IMG/VR virus record: IMGVR_UViG_3300009509_000004
Span: 42,759-106,758 of that record
From: a virus
Reading direction: 5' to 3' (one strand)
DNA length: 64,000 nt
Shown here piece by piece: positions 38,498 through 47,705 of the stretch. The translations under genes were made by a program, and so were the position numbers. Below the pieces are notes generated by a model. The model did not search any database. It saw only the letters and a list, made by a program, of their open reading frames with translations, and had not been told where the DNA came from. Within the stretch, counting starts at the first letter, position 1. Every line of letters begins with the position of its first letter.

Positions 38498-39172
38498 TCA
38501 CTTTTTGGGCTTGGCCTTCACCACTTTGCGTCCAGCAGACCTCTTGGCTGTGTTTGCCTTCACCGTCTTGCTGGTTGCTTTCTTTCCTACTGTGCCCGAT
38601 GGTGTGGGCGCTGAATCTTTGAGTACAGCAGCAGGCAACGCCTCGCCCCGATGCAACGCCCCTGGCTCAATGTCCAGGATGCTCTTGTCGCCATAGCGCC
38701 GCATCATGGAGTTGAGGTTGGTCAACTCCTTTGTGATCATGGTCTTCAGCTCTTTGTTGGTCAGGTCAGCAATGAGGACACCCGCCACGATCTCCTTTTT
38801 GTCAGGCATCTTGTGGATGAGGCCAAACTCCTGGCCCTTTGCGATGAGCTTGTCCAGGATCTCACTGCGCGCCCGCACCGCCCCGACCATCGCATTGTAC
38901 TGCTTGGTGGTCTTGAACGTCCCAACCATGTCATCAAGGTCACGTAGGTTGCGCAGTTGGTCAATCATGTACTGGACATAGGTGTGCTCAGTGGGCCTCG
39001 CCCGCACCTCATCAGCCTTGGCATCGAACATGGCCGCCTTGAGTTTCTCAAACTCTTCAACGCCAATGCCCATCTCATCCAGGATCTCTGAATCTTCCTT
39101 CCCAGAGCACAGCAGCCCATAGATGGTCGCCACCGCCTCCTTGACCTGTTCTTTCGTCAATTTCATGCTCAT
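38498..39172 (-). CDS. HTH plus helical protein; terminase small subunit candidate
   Basis: N-terminal HTH-like segment, helical middle, basic tail. Confidence 0.45.
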   Translation of the reverse strand: MSMKLTKEQVKEAVATIYGLLCSGKEDSEILDEMGIGVEEFEKLKAAMFDAKADEVRARPTEHTYVQYMIDQLRNLRDLDDMVGTFKTTKQYNAMVGAVRARSEILDKLIAKGQEFGLIHKMPDKKEIVAGVLIADLTNKELKTMITKELTNLNSMMRRYGDKSILDIEPGALHRGEALPAAVLKDSAPTPSGTVGKKATSKTVKANTAKRSAGRKVVKAKPKK

Positions 39173-39362
39173 ATGCCAACCTCCTGTCGCTCAACAGTAT
39201 AACCTGGAGGCCCAATTTCAAGCTAGTTTGGTGGCAACACCCTGTGTATGGACTGGAACCAAGTCCAACGTTAGTTGGCGTTGGTCGTCAAGGGGTGGGA
39301 ATCTCCCTCTGACGGGCACAATTTGCTTCATGGTTTTCCCAAGATTTTTGTCCTACCTCCCC

Positions 39363-39626
39363 CTACCTTGACCAATTCTTGGAATTGACGAGTGCCCAAG
39401 CCATCGCGCTGTCAATCGCAGCCTCGACAGGGCACTGCCCACGCTCCGACAACGCCCCGTCGCACTGTCGGCAAAGCGTCCACACCGACTGTAGCACATG
39501 CCGGTGTTGGTTCGCTTTGTGTATTGTGGCCCCAGTAGCTATGCGTTGCAAGTGCTCCGCAAAGCGTGTCGCTGCGTCTGCATGGCTACTGAATCTGCTG
39601 CACCGCTTCTTGATGTCCTCGCCCAT
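39363..39626 (-). CDS. Hypothetical protein
   Basis: GGAGGG RBS before ATG 39626. Confidence 0.4.
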   Translation of the reverse strand: MGEDIKKRCSRFSSHADAATRFAEHLQRIATGATIHKANQHRHVLQSVWTLCRQCDGALSERGQCPVEAAIDSAMAWALVNSKNWSR

Positions 39627-39694
39627 GACGCGCCCTCCCTGAGCTAAACATAAGCCTGGAAGTGCCGCTGGCCAAGGGTGGGCTGGGTGGATTG

Positions 39695-39922
39695 TCAGTC
39701 CCAGATGTCGATGTTGACGTCTGAACATTCCTCGTGCAATCGGTCGCGCACGATGCCGTATGCCGCCAGCATGTCCGTGCTCACGTCATCGCCAGCATAC
39801 TTGATTTTTTCACGTAGGAAGTTGTCCATGGCCTGTAGGACGCAATGTGCGTCCATGCCTTTCACCGCCTTGTCAAACTCGTGTTGCTCGTGTGGCAATT
39901 TGAACTCAAGTGTTGCCAGCAT
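39695..39922 (-). CDS. Small phage protein (paralog of 39906-40265)
   Basis: MLATLEFKLPHE...FDKAVKG...MDNFLREKIKY. Confidence 0.6.
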   Translation of the reverse strand: MLATLEFKLPHEQHEFDKAVKGMDAHCVLQAMDNFLREKIKYAGDDVSTDMLAAYGIVRDRLHEECSDVNIDIWD

Positions 39923-40265
39923 CAGCTCCCTCCTTGTCGTCATCGCCCCCGTTGTCGTCATCCCCTTCCAAATCACCTTCACGATCCTCGTCACTTTCGC
40001 CCTCATCATCCTCTTCATCGCCAACATCATCATCATCTTCCCCCTCTTCATCGGGCAGTTCAATCTTGTACTTCTTCATGACCTCTTGAAATTGGACCAT
40101 CAGCGCCTCGGTTGCGATCTGGGCCTCGCCTGGCAGTGGGCTGTCCAGCTGGGCCTGTATCGTGTCCCGCACTTCCCATAGCGCGTTGAACCAATCCGCC
40201 CCATGAATGACTGTGTCCAGTGCCTCTGCGTCATCCGGCATGTGAAACTTGATGATGACTTCCAT
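39906..40265 (-). CDS. Small phage protein with acidic tail
   Basis: MEVIIKFHMPDD...IHGADWFNALWEV. Confidence 0.65.
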   Translation of the reverse strand: MEVIIKFHMPDDAEALDTVIHGADWFNALWEVRDTIQAQLDSPLPGEAQIATEALMVQFQEVMKKYKIELPDEEGEDDDDVGDEEDDEGESDEDREGDLEGDDDNGGDDDKEGADAGNT

Positions 40266-41282
40266 TATGTGCTCCCTTTCTGTGGGCTGGGTGTGAATGT
40301 GCCTGTTTGGTCCTACGTGGTTTGCTGCAGTGGGTCAAGCTGAAACGACCTCGTGCGCGTCGTGTGTCGATGGGGACAGCAACCCCACACTTGATGGCCG
40401 TGTGGACGCATGGCCGCTTGGCCGGTGCATGTGATGAGTGAGTGTGGCCGTGTGGCCGGTTGGTGGGTGGCGTGGGCGCATGAGCGCTTGACGTTGTGGC
40501 CTGTGTGCAAAATTTTTGTTGTGCAGTAGGCGCGGTGCAGGCATGCAGCACTCAGCGCACCGCGCACTCGGTTTCATGCACAGTGGGGGCCACAGGCGAG
40601 CGCACGATGTACCAAACCTCCAAGAATCCTTGGACTTCATGGCCGCATGGCTGACATGGTTGGCATAGTTGACAGCGCTGTAGACTCTGTAGCCCCAGGG
40701 CCACATTGCCTCATGGCCCCCAGCGCAATGCTCTGCAGGCGGCATGGCTGCAGGGTGTGCGTGTGACTGTGCAGCTGTGCTGCACTGCATGTGGCAGGGC
40801 CACCCCACCATTTCCACGTTTCCACAATTCCACGACACCCACCTTGCTTGCCTGCTCTCTCTCTGCTGCTTTCTGTACCGTCTGACTCTACATCTATGCC
40901 TATGCTACCTACAATGCTATATGTTGTTTGTCCTCTTGCCTACCCTACGGTGATCGAGGTATCTGCTGGGGTGCTATCTTCTCTGCCTGATACACTCCAC
41001 TGTTCCCCTTCATTTCACACGGTTCTCAGATTGGCTATATGGTTTGTCTCATGCGGGGATTTTTGGGATTGGCAAGATCCTATCATTGGTGGTATGTATT
41101 CTTGTTTTCTATGGCTGATGTCGGTCTGTGGAATCTCTCAAAATCCTATTGGATATGGGTGTATTGTTGTCTTCAGGGCATATTCATAGGGGCATGCATA
41201 TATAGGGGCAATTTGCCCCATATCTGATGGGGTTTCACAAAACAGGCTATCAACGCCTGGAAATCAGGCGTGTAAATGGGGG
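40266..41282. other. ~1-kb non-coding tract with short repeats and palindromes
   Basis: No credible ORF; TGGCCG repeats; many TGCA/CATG. Confidence 0.5.
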
Positions 41283-41624
41283 TCAATCTAGGTCGCTGGG
41301 GTAGGTGCGTCTGTACCATTCCAGGTACATGGCCCATTGGCGGGTTGCTGTGCGGTATTGGTCCTGGTAGCCCTTCTGCCTCTTGATCTCTGATACCCAC
41401 TTTTCCACAAGCTCCAGAGATAGCGATCCTGGGTGCTCCCTGATATGGCGTTCCACCTCTGTTCGCAATCCTACCATCCCTGATAGGGCACCCTCCCACC
41501 TGAGCATCATTTTCCTGCGCTCTTGTTCCTCCTTGCCCTCCCTCTCTTGCTGTTTTTTCACACGTGCAAAATCGTGGTCTGTGATCAGGCCTGCTTTCTG
41601 GAGTGCGGCTGCCATGAGTGTCAT
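41283..41624 (-). CDS. Hypothetical protein
   Basis: ALQKAGLI N-terminal motif; ATGA overlap. Confidence 0.55.
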   Translation of the reverse strand: MTLMAAALQKAGLITDHDFARVKKQQEREGKEEQERRKMMLRWEGALSGMVGLRTEVERHIREHPGSLSLELVEKWVSEIKRQKGYQDQYRTATRQWAMYLEWYRRTYPSDLD

Positions 41625-41851
41625 TGCGGTGGCCCTTTTTGTGTTGATTCCACTTTCAATGTGACTTTTGCGCCACAGGCGAGACAGCCCTTGGGCCCAA
41701 CTGGTGATTCGTTGGATGCATATTCTGACATCTCGATGAAATGGCCCCAATATTGCTCCAAATTCACATCTTTCATGTCATCTTCCTGTGTGATCGTGAA
41801 CCTCTGCTCGTGTCCATTTTCACACGTGGCCAAAATTGTGGTGATTCTCAT
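41621..41851 (-). CDS. Small Zn-binding protein
   Basis: CENGH...CLACG. Confidence 0.55.
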   Translation of the reverse strand: MRITTILATCENGHEQRFTITQEDDMKDVNLEQYWGHFIEMSEYASNESPVGPKGCLACGAKVTLKVESTQKGPPQ

Positions 41852-42204
41852 CGCTCCTTGTCCTTTTTGTGTGGTATATCCATCTCAATATCGTGGCCTG
41901 GCATTTTGTCCACCACGCCGTCCAACAGATCCAGCGCCTCGCTCTTGTCCAGCCCTGGTTTCAGCTCGCCCTCAAGTCTGGGATCGCCGTCAGGCAATTC
42001 CTCAAACACACTTTCTGGCTCTTTTGGTGCGCTCTCACCTGGATCACCGCATCTCACGCATGGTCCTGGCCGCGCCCATCCTACATCGACCTTGTCAACC
42101 CTGTAAATCACCATCAGCTCTTTGAGCTTGTGCAAAAAGTCAGCTTGATCTTCTTTCAACCCTGTCATTCTGATGTCGCCCACCAGATCGCCTGTTATTT
42201 CCAT
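41848..42204 (-). CDS. Hypothetical acidic protein
   Basis: GGAGAACG RBS; CVRC. Confidence 0.5.
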   Translation of the reverse strand: MEITGDLVGDIRMTGLKEDQADFLHKLKELMVIYRVDKVDVGWARPGPCVRCGDPGESAPKEPESVFEELPDGDPRLEGELKPGLDKSEALDLLDGVVDKMPGHDIEMDIPHKKDKER

Positions 42205-42236
42205 GTGCGTTCTCCCTGTTCCTGCTCCTGATGTCC

Positions 42237-42674
42237 TCAACTTTGAGCCGCGTCTGTTCCTTGACTGCCATCGTCAACACTCTGACCGCCTCGTTGAGCC
42301 ATCCCACATTTTCCTTCAGCTCCTGAATTGCTTCTGCCAGCTCTCTTGTCTGGTTTTCCATTTGTGCGCCCCTCCCCCAGTGCGTTTTCCGCAAGCTCGA
42401 TGATGACGTCCAATAGGTCGCCCACCTTTGCCAGCGGGATGTGCTCTGCGCGCAATTCTGCTGGAATAAGCAACACCGTCGCATTGACCTCCATCCCCTT
42501 GATCTGCTGCGACAGGTTCTCAACCACGCCAGGTGGTGGTTCATGACCCTCATTGTATTGGATGAGCAACACCTCGCCGTCCCTGAGTGTGAATTTGCTC
42601 ACGATCTTGTCCCAGCCATCCCCTGGAACAATCGGATCTTTCAATTTGTCTGTCCATCGCCTATTTCTCTTCAT
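42237..42674 (-). CDS. Hypothetical protein
   Basis: Globular N-terminal half; boundaries uncertain. Confidence 0.4.
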   Translation of the reverse strand: MKRNRRWTDKLKDPIVPGDGWDKIVSKFTLRDGEVLLIQYNEGHEPPPGVVENLSQQIKGMEVNATVLLIPAELRAEHIPLAKVGDLLDVIIELAENALGEGRTNGKPDKRAGRSNSGAEGKCGMAQRGGQSVDDGSQGTDAAQS

Positions 42675-43260
42675 TTGTTGGGCACCCCCTGCGCATCCAC
42701 TCTCGCCGTTCTTCAAGCGTCATTGGTTTGAGGTGGTCTGTCACCACTTCCTCGCTGTGCTCCAACACCTCGCCGATGAAGCGCCCCTGTGCATCAATCG
42801 TGCCCACTTTGTACTCAAACCCTTGCTGTGAATACACATGCAATATTGCACAGGTTACACCCTCGCTGGGCCTGACCAACTCCAACCTGCCAACCCAATC
42901 TCCCCTCCACAGCTCTTCAGTGATACACCTGTGCTGTTCTGAACAACCAACCGTCCACCCGTCATCACGGATGAACACATATTTCAACGTCTTGAACACC
43001 TCTTTGGGTGTTCTTGTAGGTGATGCTGCCTCGCCTTTGTTGTTGACCACGACTCTCTGTGGCCCTTGGTGCATTACTGTGCGCGCCGCCCTGACCGCCG
43101 CCCTCTCTTCAGGCAGGATCTCTCGCCTGACATGAGCGTCATATCCAATCGGATCATCGATGATGATGACGCACCTACATTGCGGGTGCTGGATTGGCTC
43201 TGTATTGTCAGAACGTGTCCGCAAGCACTCCCTCCAGCCTCCACCATTCTGGATCTTCAT
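42661..43260 (-). CDS. Hypothetical protein
   Basis: 199 aa; FIRDDGWTVG. Confidence 0.45.
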   Translation of the reverse strand: MKIQNGGGWRECLRTRSDNTEPIQHPQCRCVIIIDDPIGYDAHVRREILPEERAAVRAARTVMHQGPQRVVVNNKGEAASPTRTPKEVFKTLKYVFIRDDGWTVGCSEQHRCITEELWRGDWVGRLELVRPSEGVTCAILHVYSQQGFEYKVGTIDAQGRFIGEVLEHSEEVVTDHLKPMTLEERREWMRRGCPTNEEK

Positions 43261-43867
43261 GCCTCACGTCCTTGAGTCTGAAGTCCATCTGTTTCTCTGG
43301 TGGAATTTTTGGCAGCCGTATGCACTCATTGACCTCGTGCAGCAGCTCGTGATACAGCGCTGACTCGGCAATGGTACCCTTCCACTGTACCAACAACCTG
43401 TATCCCCACTGGATGCCTGCCTTGTTCTTGAGCTCATATCGTCCCACCCAAATGCTGACCTTGCCGACCTCCCACTCAACTCCTGTGCGGCACAGCATCG
43501 CCTCGATTTCATCCCTGGTGGCCTCTTTTTGCTCGACCTCCATCACGTCCAAGAATCTGTCCAATGCCTTTTCCATCAGGCCTGGCGTGAGTCTTGCGAT
43601 GTTGTCTGCCCAAACTGCTGTGCCGTGTTTTGTGATGTAGTCAGGCCTCGCCATCCACTTTTTGAAGAAGTACAGCAACGTGAGCCCAACAAAAGATCCC
43701 CACGACAGCGCAAGCACAACAATTTTTGGCGCAGTCCACTCCTGCTTGGTCAAGATCGCCCCGACCCCAGCAGCCGTGTACAGCAGGCAAAGCCCCCCAA
43801 ACACAATCAAGTCCAGCGTCTTGACTCCACGTCTGCGCTGGGCTAGGTCTGCCTTGACTTCAACCAT
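43208..43867 (-). CDS. Membrane-anchored protein with HEXXH motif
   Basis: Two TM helices; LYHELLHE. Confidence 0.55.
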   Translation of the reverse strand: MVEVKADLAQRRRGVKTLDLIVFGGLCLLYTAAGVGAILTKQEWTAPKIVVLALSWGSFVGLTLLYFFKKWMARPDYITKHGTAVWADNIARLTPGLMEKALDRFLDVMEVEQKEATRDEIEAMLCRTGVEWEVGKVSIWVGRYELKNKAGIQWGYRLLVQWKGTIAESALYHELLHEVNECIRLPKIPPEKQMDFRLKDVRHEDPEWWRLEGVLADTF

Positions 43868-44208
43868 TCTCGCATTTCCTCCACTGTATCAAATGGTGGC
43901 CCTTTTCTCTCTGCCTTCATGGGCTTTGCCTGGCAGTAATATGTGAAGCCGCCAAATGTGTCACGCTCTTTTTCGATGGGGAGATTCAGGTCAAACCCGT
44001 GATCGCGCAACCACTCGGTTGTCGTGAACTCCACCTCTTTCAACCCGCCATTCCAGTCTAGCACCTCCTGATCTGGCAATTGTGCCTCGATGAGGTGGAA
44101 GTGTTGACCATCAATGGATATGACCTTGACGTCATTGCCATCATCGTCGATGTCTTCATCCTCGATGGTGGCGCGTGCGATCATTTCCATTGTAATCAAC
44201 TGGCTCAA
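43843..44208 (-). CDS. Hypothetical acidic protein
   Basis: 121 aa; coupled overlap. Confidence 0.5.
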   Translation of the reverse strand: MSQLITMEMIARATIEDEDIDDDGNDVKVISIDGQHFHLIEAQLPDQEVLDWNGGLKEVEFTTTEWLRDHGFDLNLPIEKERDTFGGFTYYCQAKPMKAERKGPPFDTVEEMREWLKSRQT

Positions 44209-44720
44209 TCTGCTCTCCCTTTCATCTGCATCACTTTTTGGTCCACAACATCAGGAGCGATCTTGGGAAGCTCCAGCTGCACCTGCACCTGTTCTTGGAC
44301 AGGCTCCATAGGGGCAGCCTCATCAGCCTCCACATCACTTGGCGTTGAAGAACTTGTTGCGCTTGCTGGCCTGCGCCCAGCTCTGTGCCTGGGTGCGACT
44401 CTGTCAAGCGCTTCTGCATCCTTCAACGTCCTTTCAGCACGCCTGTTCAATAGAGCAAGCGCACCTCTGATCTCCCCTATGGCCTCTCTCATGTCACCGA
44501 TGAGCTGATCGCGTTGCGATGCTTGATCTGATAGCCTGTTCACCGCCGTGACCAAGAGCTGATACGCTTGTTCAAGCTGCGCCTCTTGCTTGGCAACCTG
44601 TCTCGTTGTTGCATCTTCAGCGGTCAACGCCTGGATGTATGTCAGCCCAACTCCTGCGAGTGCAGCGATGCCAGCGAGCAAGCCGCCCCAATCCTTCACC
44701 TTCTGTCTTGCTCCAGCCAT
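44205..44720 (-). CDS. TM plus coiled-coil protein
   Basis: WGGLLAGIAALAGVGL TM followed by heptads. Confidence 0.55.
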   Translation of the reverse strand: MAGARQKVKDWGGLLAGIAALAGVGLTYIQALTAEDATTRQVAKQEAQLEQAYQLLVTAVNRLSDQASQRDQLIGDMREAIGEIRGALALLNRRAERTLKDAEALDRVAPRHRAGRRPASATSSSTPSDVEADEAAPMEPVQEQVQVQLELPKIAPDVVDQKVMQMKGRAD

Positions 44721-44728
44721 CACACACC

Positions 44729-44938
44729 TCAAAATCTTGGATGTGGCCCAGATGTCATGTGCCGGTTGAATTCTGTGAAATCGCCTGGTGTTGGCGGTGG
44801 CAGCCCAGCTTCCACATATTCACGGACTGCCAAGGTGAGTGCTTTTGCTCGTGCAGCAGGTATGGTTGGCCCGCTGCCTTCATACGCCTTGTTGTCGGTG
44901 TTGACGAGTGTGACTGTGTAATAGTTTGGACGCGCCAT
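44729..44938 (-). CDS. Small protein resembling the HicB antitoxin N-terminal domain
   Basis: GSGPTIPAARAKAL..AVREYVEAGLPPPTP; AGGAGG RBS. Confidence 0.45.
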   Translation of the reverse strand: MARPNYYTVTLVNTDNKAYEGSGPTIPAARAKALTLAVREYVEAGLPPPTPGDFTEFNRHMTSGPHPRF

Positions 44939-45135
44939 GATCGCCTCCTGTAAGTGGTGTCCATCGTTGATTCTATTTCCCCTTACAGGATCAGCCAAGG
45001 TTTAGCTGAAATATGGTGCGTTTTTGGCTTGTCCAAAAATGCGTTTTCTGGTGTGTTTTGTGGTGTGCGTGTGACTTTGTATGGAGGTGGAATTGGGGGT
45101 GCCGTCTTGGTGTGTTTCCGGCACCCTCGATGTGG

Positions 45136-45642
45136 CTATTGGATGACGAATGGCCCCTTTGGACCTGTGGCGATGGCCCCGCTGTAGAATTGCTTGAGCA
45201 ATCCCCAAAGCGCCTGTCTTTGTGCATGTGGAACCACGTTGACCTCGTTTTCGCCGTCCCAATGCCGCCCTGGGATGCGCCGCCAAGCGTGAAGTGAATC
45301 CTCGTTGTATGGCGTTTTGACGATGTAGGTGCCTGCGTGGTCAACAATCTTGACCGCAACGCACCTTTTCTCGATGCGATCTGCCAAGTTGTGGAATCCC
45401 AGATCCCTGAGTCTCGCAAGCGGCTCAACCGCGTCCATCCCGTTCTGAACGATGGCGATCTTGTAGACCAGCTGGTTGGCCTCTTTGCGGTCTGCCTCGC
45501 TGACCTCGACCTTGTTGAGAAGTCTTGCCCGACAATCTGGGCCCATTCCCGCCTCGACTGATGCCGCGTCAACCAACGGTTTGCCGCAGGCTGCGCAGTG
45601 GGTTGCGAGAATCTTGGTGGTTGGTGCTGTTTCGTATGACAT
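45136..45642 (-). CDS. Early protein with CxxCG.PL.D..S...G.GP.C Zn domain (DUF6011-like) and C-terminal HARP-like domain
   Basis: Motifs; start directly after promoter module 1. Confidence 0.7.
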   Translation of the reverse strand: MSYETAPTTKILATHCAACGKPLVDAASVEAGMGPDCRARLLNKVEVSEADRKEANQLVYKIAIVQNGMDAVEPLARLRDLGFHNLADRIEKRCVAVKIVDHAGTYIVKTPYNEDSLHAWRRIPGRHWDGENEVNVVPHAQRQALWGLLKQFYSGAIATGPKGPFVIQ

Positions 45643-45745
45643 GCCCGTTCTCCTTTCAGGTGGTTTGCCTTCCACCTTTTCTTCAAGTATAGTTGGCTTG
45701 CTTCCATAAGTCAAGAAAAAACGACCTCAGAGACAACTTTTTTTG
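45640..45745 (-). promoter_or_regulatory. Early module 1: TTGACT-17-TATACT promoter plus hairpin leader
   Basis: -35 at 45714-45709, -10 at 45691-45686. Confidence 0.85.
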
Positions 45746-46098
45746 TATGCCTGATACAGCGCAACGTTCAACGTTGCCGTCCTGGCCGGTTTCTGGACAA
45801 GCCTTGTGCCGTTTGTGTGTTGCGCAAGCGCATCGAGCCATCCCCCTGTGTAAATGACCACTGGAAGTGGGCACCTTTCAATCATCACCCTTCCCCCGCC
45901 CAACGGCACATCCCAATCACTAAGCACCACGTCATACTTCCCTGTTGCCGCCTCGACCAGCCCCTGTTGTACTGTGTAAACTGCCTTGACTTGCTTCCAG
46001 TGGTCCTTGAGTTGCCTCTCAATCGCCCTCGCCAATGTTTCATCATCTTCAACCACAAGCAAACTGAGCCGCCTGATGGTGCCCTCCATTCCAATCAT
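45727..46098 (-). CDS. Stand-alone response regulator receiver domain (CheY-like)
   Basis: LLVVEDD, DVVLSDWDVP (phospho-Asp), IYTG, QKP. Confidence 0.85.
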   Translation of the reverse strand: MIGMEGTIRRLSLLVVEDDETLARAIERQLKDHWKQVKAVYTVQQGLVEAATGKYDVVLSDWDVPLGGGRVMIERCPLPVVIYTGGWLDALAQHTNGTRLVQKPARTATLNVALYQAYKKSCL

Positions 46099-46114
46099 TT
46101 TTTCTCCTTGGTGG

Positions 46115-46143
46115 AAGTGAAAAGGGCACCCAACGGGTGCCCC
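46115..46143 (-). terminator. Intrinsic terminator
   Basis: GGGCACCC-GTT-GGGTGCCC-TTTT. Confidence 0.65.
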
Positions 46144-46167
46144 TCTCGCTCCTATGTTGTCGCCCTG

Positions 46168-47181
46168 TCAGGCGATGGCTTCCAAAATCATCTCAGCCTC
46201 ATCCTCTGCCCTCGGATCCAACGACCAACGCTTGATTCCCCTGAAGCGCTTGACGTCAACGTCAATCGGATTCAGGAAGCGAACAAAGCTGCCGTTGATC
46301 TCGACACCTTCTGGGCTGATGATACCGTCTGTGACCAGCTGCTCAACGATCTCCTTGGCGCTCTTGCTCTCGCCCTCTTTGGTGTCTGTCACAACGTAAA
46401 CACCGCCCGCGTGGCGCTTGCCGCACTTGCGCTTGGCCTCGACCTTGACCAACCGCTCTTCAACCGTCCTGAAGCCTCGCTCTTTTTCCATCTGGTCCTT
46501 GACCACCTCGGTGTCCTCTGCCTTCAGAATATACTCAACCGCGTCAGGGAGAAACAAACCAAACACCTTGGCGTCTGGAAGTCTGCCCGTGCCGCCGCAC
46601 GTTTCGCACATTTCCTTGTCCAAAACGTTGGCGATGTTGAATTTTTGCGGCTGATGAAGCCAGTAGTTGTATTTGCGATAGTCCCAACGCTCTGACTTGA
46701 GCCCCTCGCCGTTTGCGACTGTAGCGTGGCCGCCTGTGCCGCCCTCGACATGATCTGACATGCCGCTGATCTCGCCTTGGAGTTTGAGCGCCTTCTGCGC
46801 CCTGCGCTCGATGAGCTTGTTGATGCGGTCGATGTCGGCCTGGCCGCCTTCTGCGTCGCAAACGCCCTTGTCGATGCTCTCTTGGACGCCCTTGGCGTTG
46901 TCTTCCAGATCCTGGATCTCCTTTTGGAGATTTTGGAGCGCTTGCTTGGCCTTGCGCTTTTCTGGATTTTCGATGGTGCCGAGACAATCCGCGCACTCGT
47001 GGAAGCTGCCCTCATCGTGCGCGACGAAAATGACGGTGCCCTCTTGCGTGAGCGCCTGCCCTACGTCTGCGTTGGGTAGCCTCTTGGAAATGCCCTGCGT
47101 GACCGCCTCGCCCGTCCAATCCTCGATGGACTTGTAGTGCTCTGACCCGACCCACATGAGATAGCTTTGCTTGATTTCCAT
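46168..47181 (-). CDS. Early hypothetical protein with split Zn finger and coiled-coil insert
   Basis: CADCLG...CETCGG; start 47181 after module 2. Confidence 0.75.
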   Translation of the reverse strand: MEIKQSYLMWVGSEHYKSIEDWTGEAVTQGISKRLPNADVGQALTQEGTVIFVAHDEGSFHECADCLGTIENPEKRKAKQALQNLQKEIQDLEDNAKGVQESIDKGVCDAEGGQADIDRINKLIERRAQKALKLQGEISGMSDHVEGGTGGHATVANGEGLKSERWDYRKYNYWLHQPQKFNIANVLDKEMCETCGGTGRLPDAKVFGLFLPDAVEYILKAEDTEVVKDQMEKERGFRTVEERLVKVEAKRKCGKRHAGGVYVVTDTKEGESKSAKEIVEQLVTDGIISPEGVEINGSFVRFLNPIDVDVKRFRGIKRWSLDPRAEDEAEMILEAIA

Positions 47182-47297
47182 GTCCGTTCTCCTTTGTTTG
47201 GTGTTTGCCCTCACCATCTAATACAATTATAGTTGGCTTGCTTCCAGAAGTCAAGAAAAAAACGACCTTGGAGGCAACTTTTTTTGTCTCCACGTCC
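47179..47297 (-). promoter_or_regulatory. Early module 2 (terminator hairpin + TTGACT-17-TATAAT + leader)
   Basis: -35 at 47254-47249, -10 at 47231-47226. Confidence 0.88.
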
Positions 47298-47695
47298 TAC
47301 AACTTGGTGTAGCCCTTTTTCTGCTTGGCCTTCACCAGATCGGCAAACACGTGTTCTGCCTTGCCTTGGGATGGATACTTGCCCTTGATCTGCCTCTGGA
47401 GAGAATGCGTGCGCCGCCCCCACTCGATTGTCACCTGGAAGTCGCCATCTGCAAGCCTGTCCAAGTGGACGTTGTACACCTTGTCCGATGTCCCTTGGCG
47501 ATAGGCCAAGTTGGTCGTCACGATCCTGGCTGCCTCTGTCGCCCCGTGTGCGTTCTTTGTGTCCAGCGCGTCTGCTATGACGTCTGGTATGGCCTTGGCC
47601 TCTGCCGCTTCCCTCCGCACATCCTCGACACTTTTCAGCACGCCCTGCCCAAAAGTGCCCTCCCTCATCGCCTTTCTGATTTGTTCGAGATCCAT
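47297..47695 (-). CDS. WGR-domain protein
   Basis: SDKVYNV...EWGR...LVKAKQKKGY; start reassigned to 47695. Confidence 0.8.
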   Translation of the reverse strand: MDLEQIRKAMREGTFGQGVLKSVEDVRREAAEAKAIPDVIADALDTKNAHGATEAARIVTTNLAYRQGTSDKVYNVHLDRLADGDFQVTIEWGRRTHSLQRQIKGKYPSQGKAEHVFADLVKAKQKKGYTKL

Positions 47696-47705
47696 GATCC
47701 ACCTC

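Noticed and set aside
40313-41227. Short His/Cys/Ala-rich ORFs in the non-coding tract
   Set aside because: No RBS, overlapping in several frames, and composition reflects the DNA repeats.
43160-43195. HPQCRC MuF-like motif in ORF 42661-43260
   Set aside because: No other MuF features and it lies near an overlap region; probably chance.
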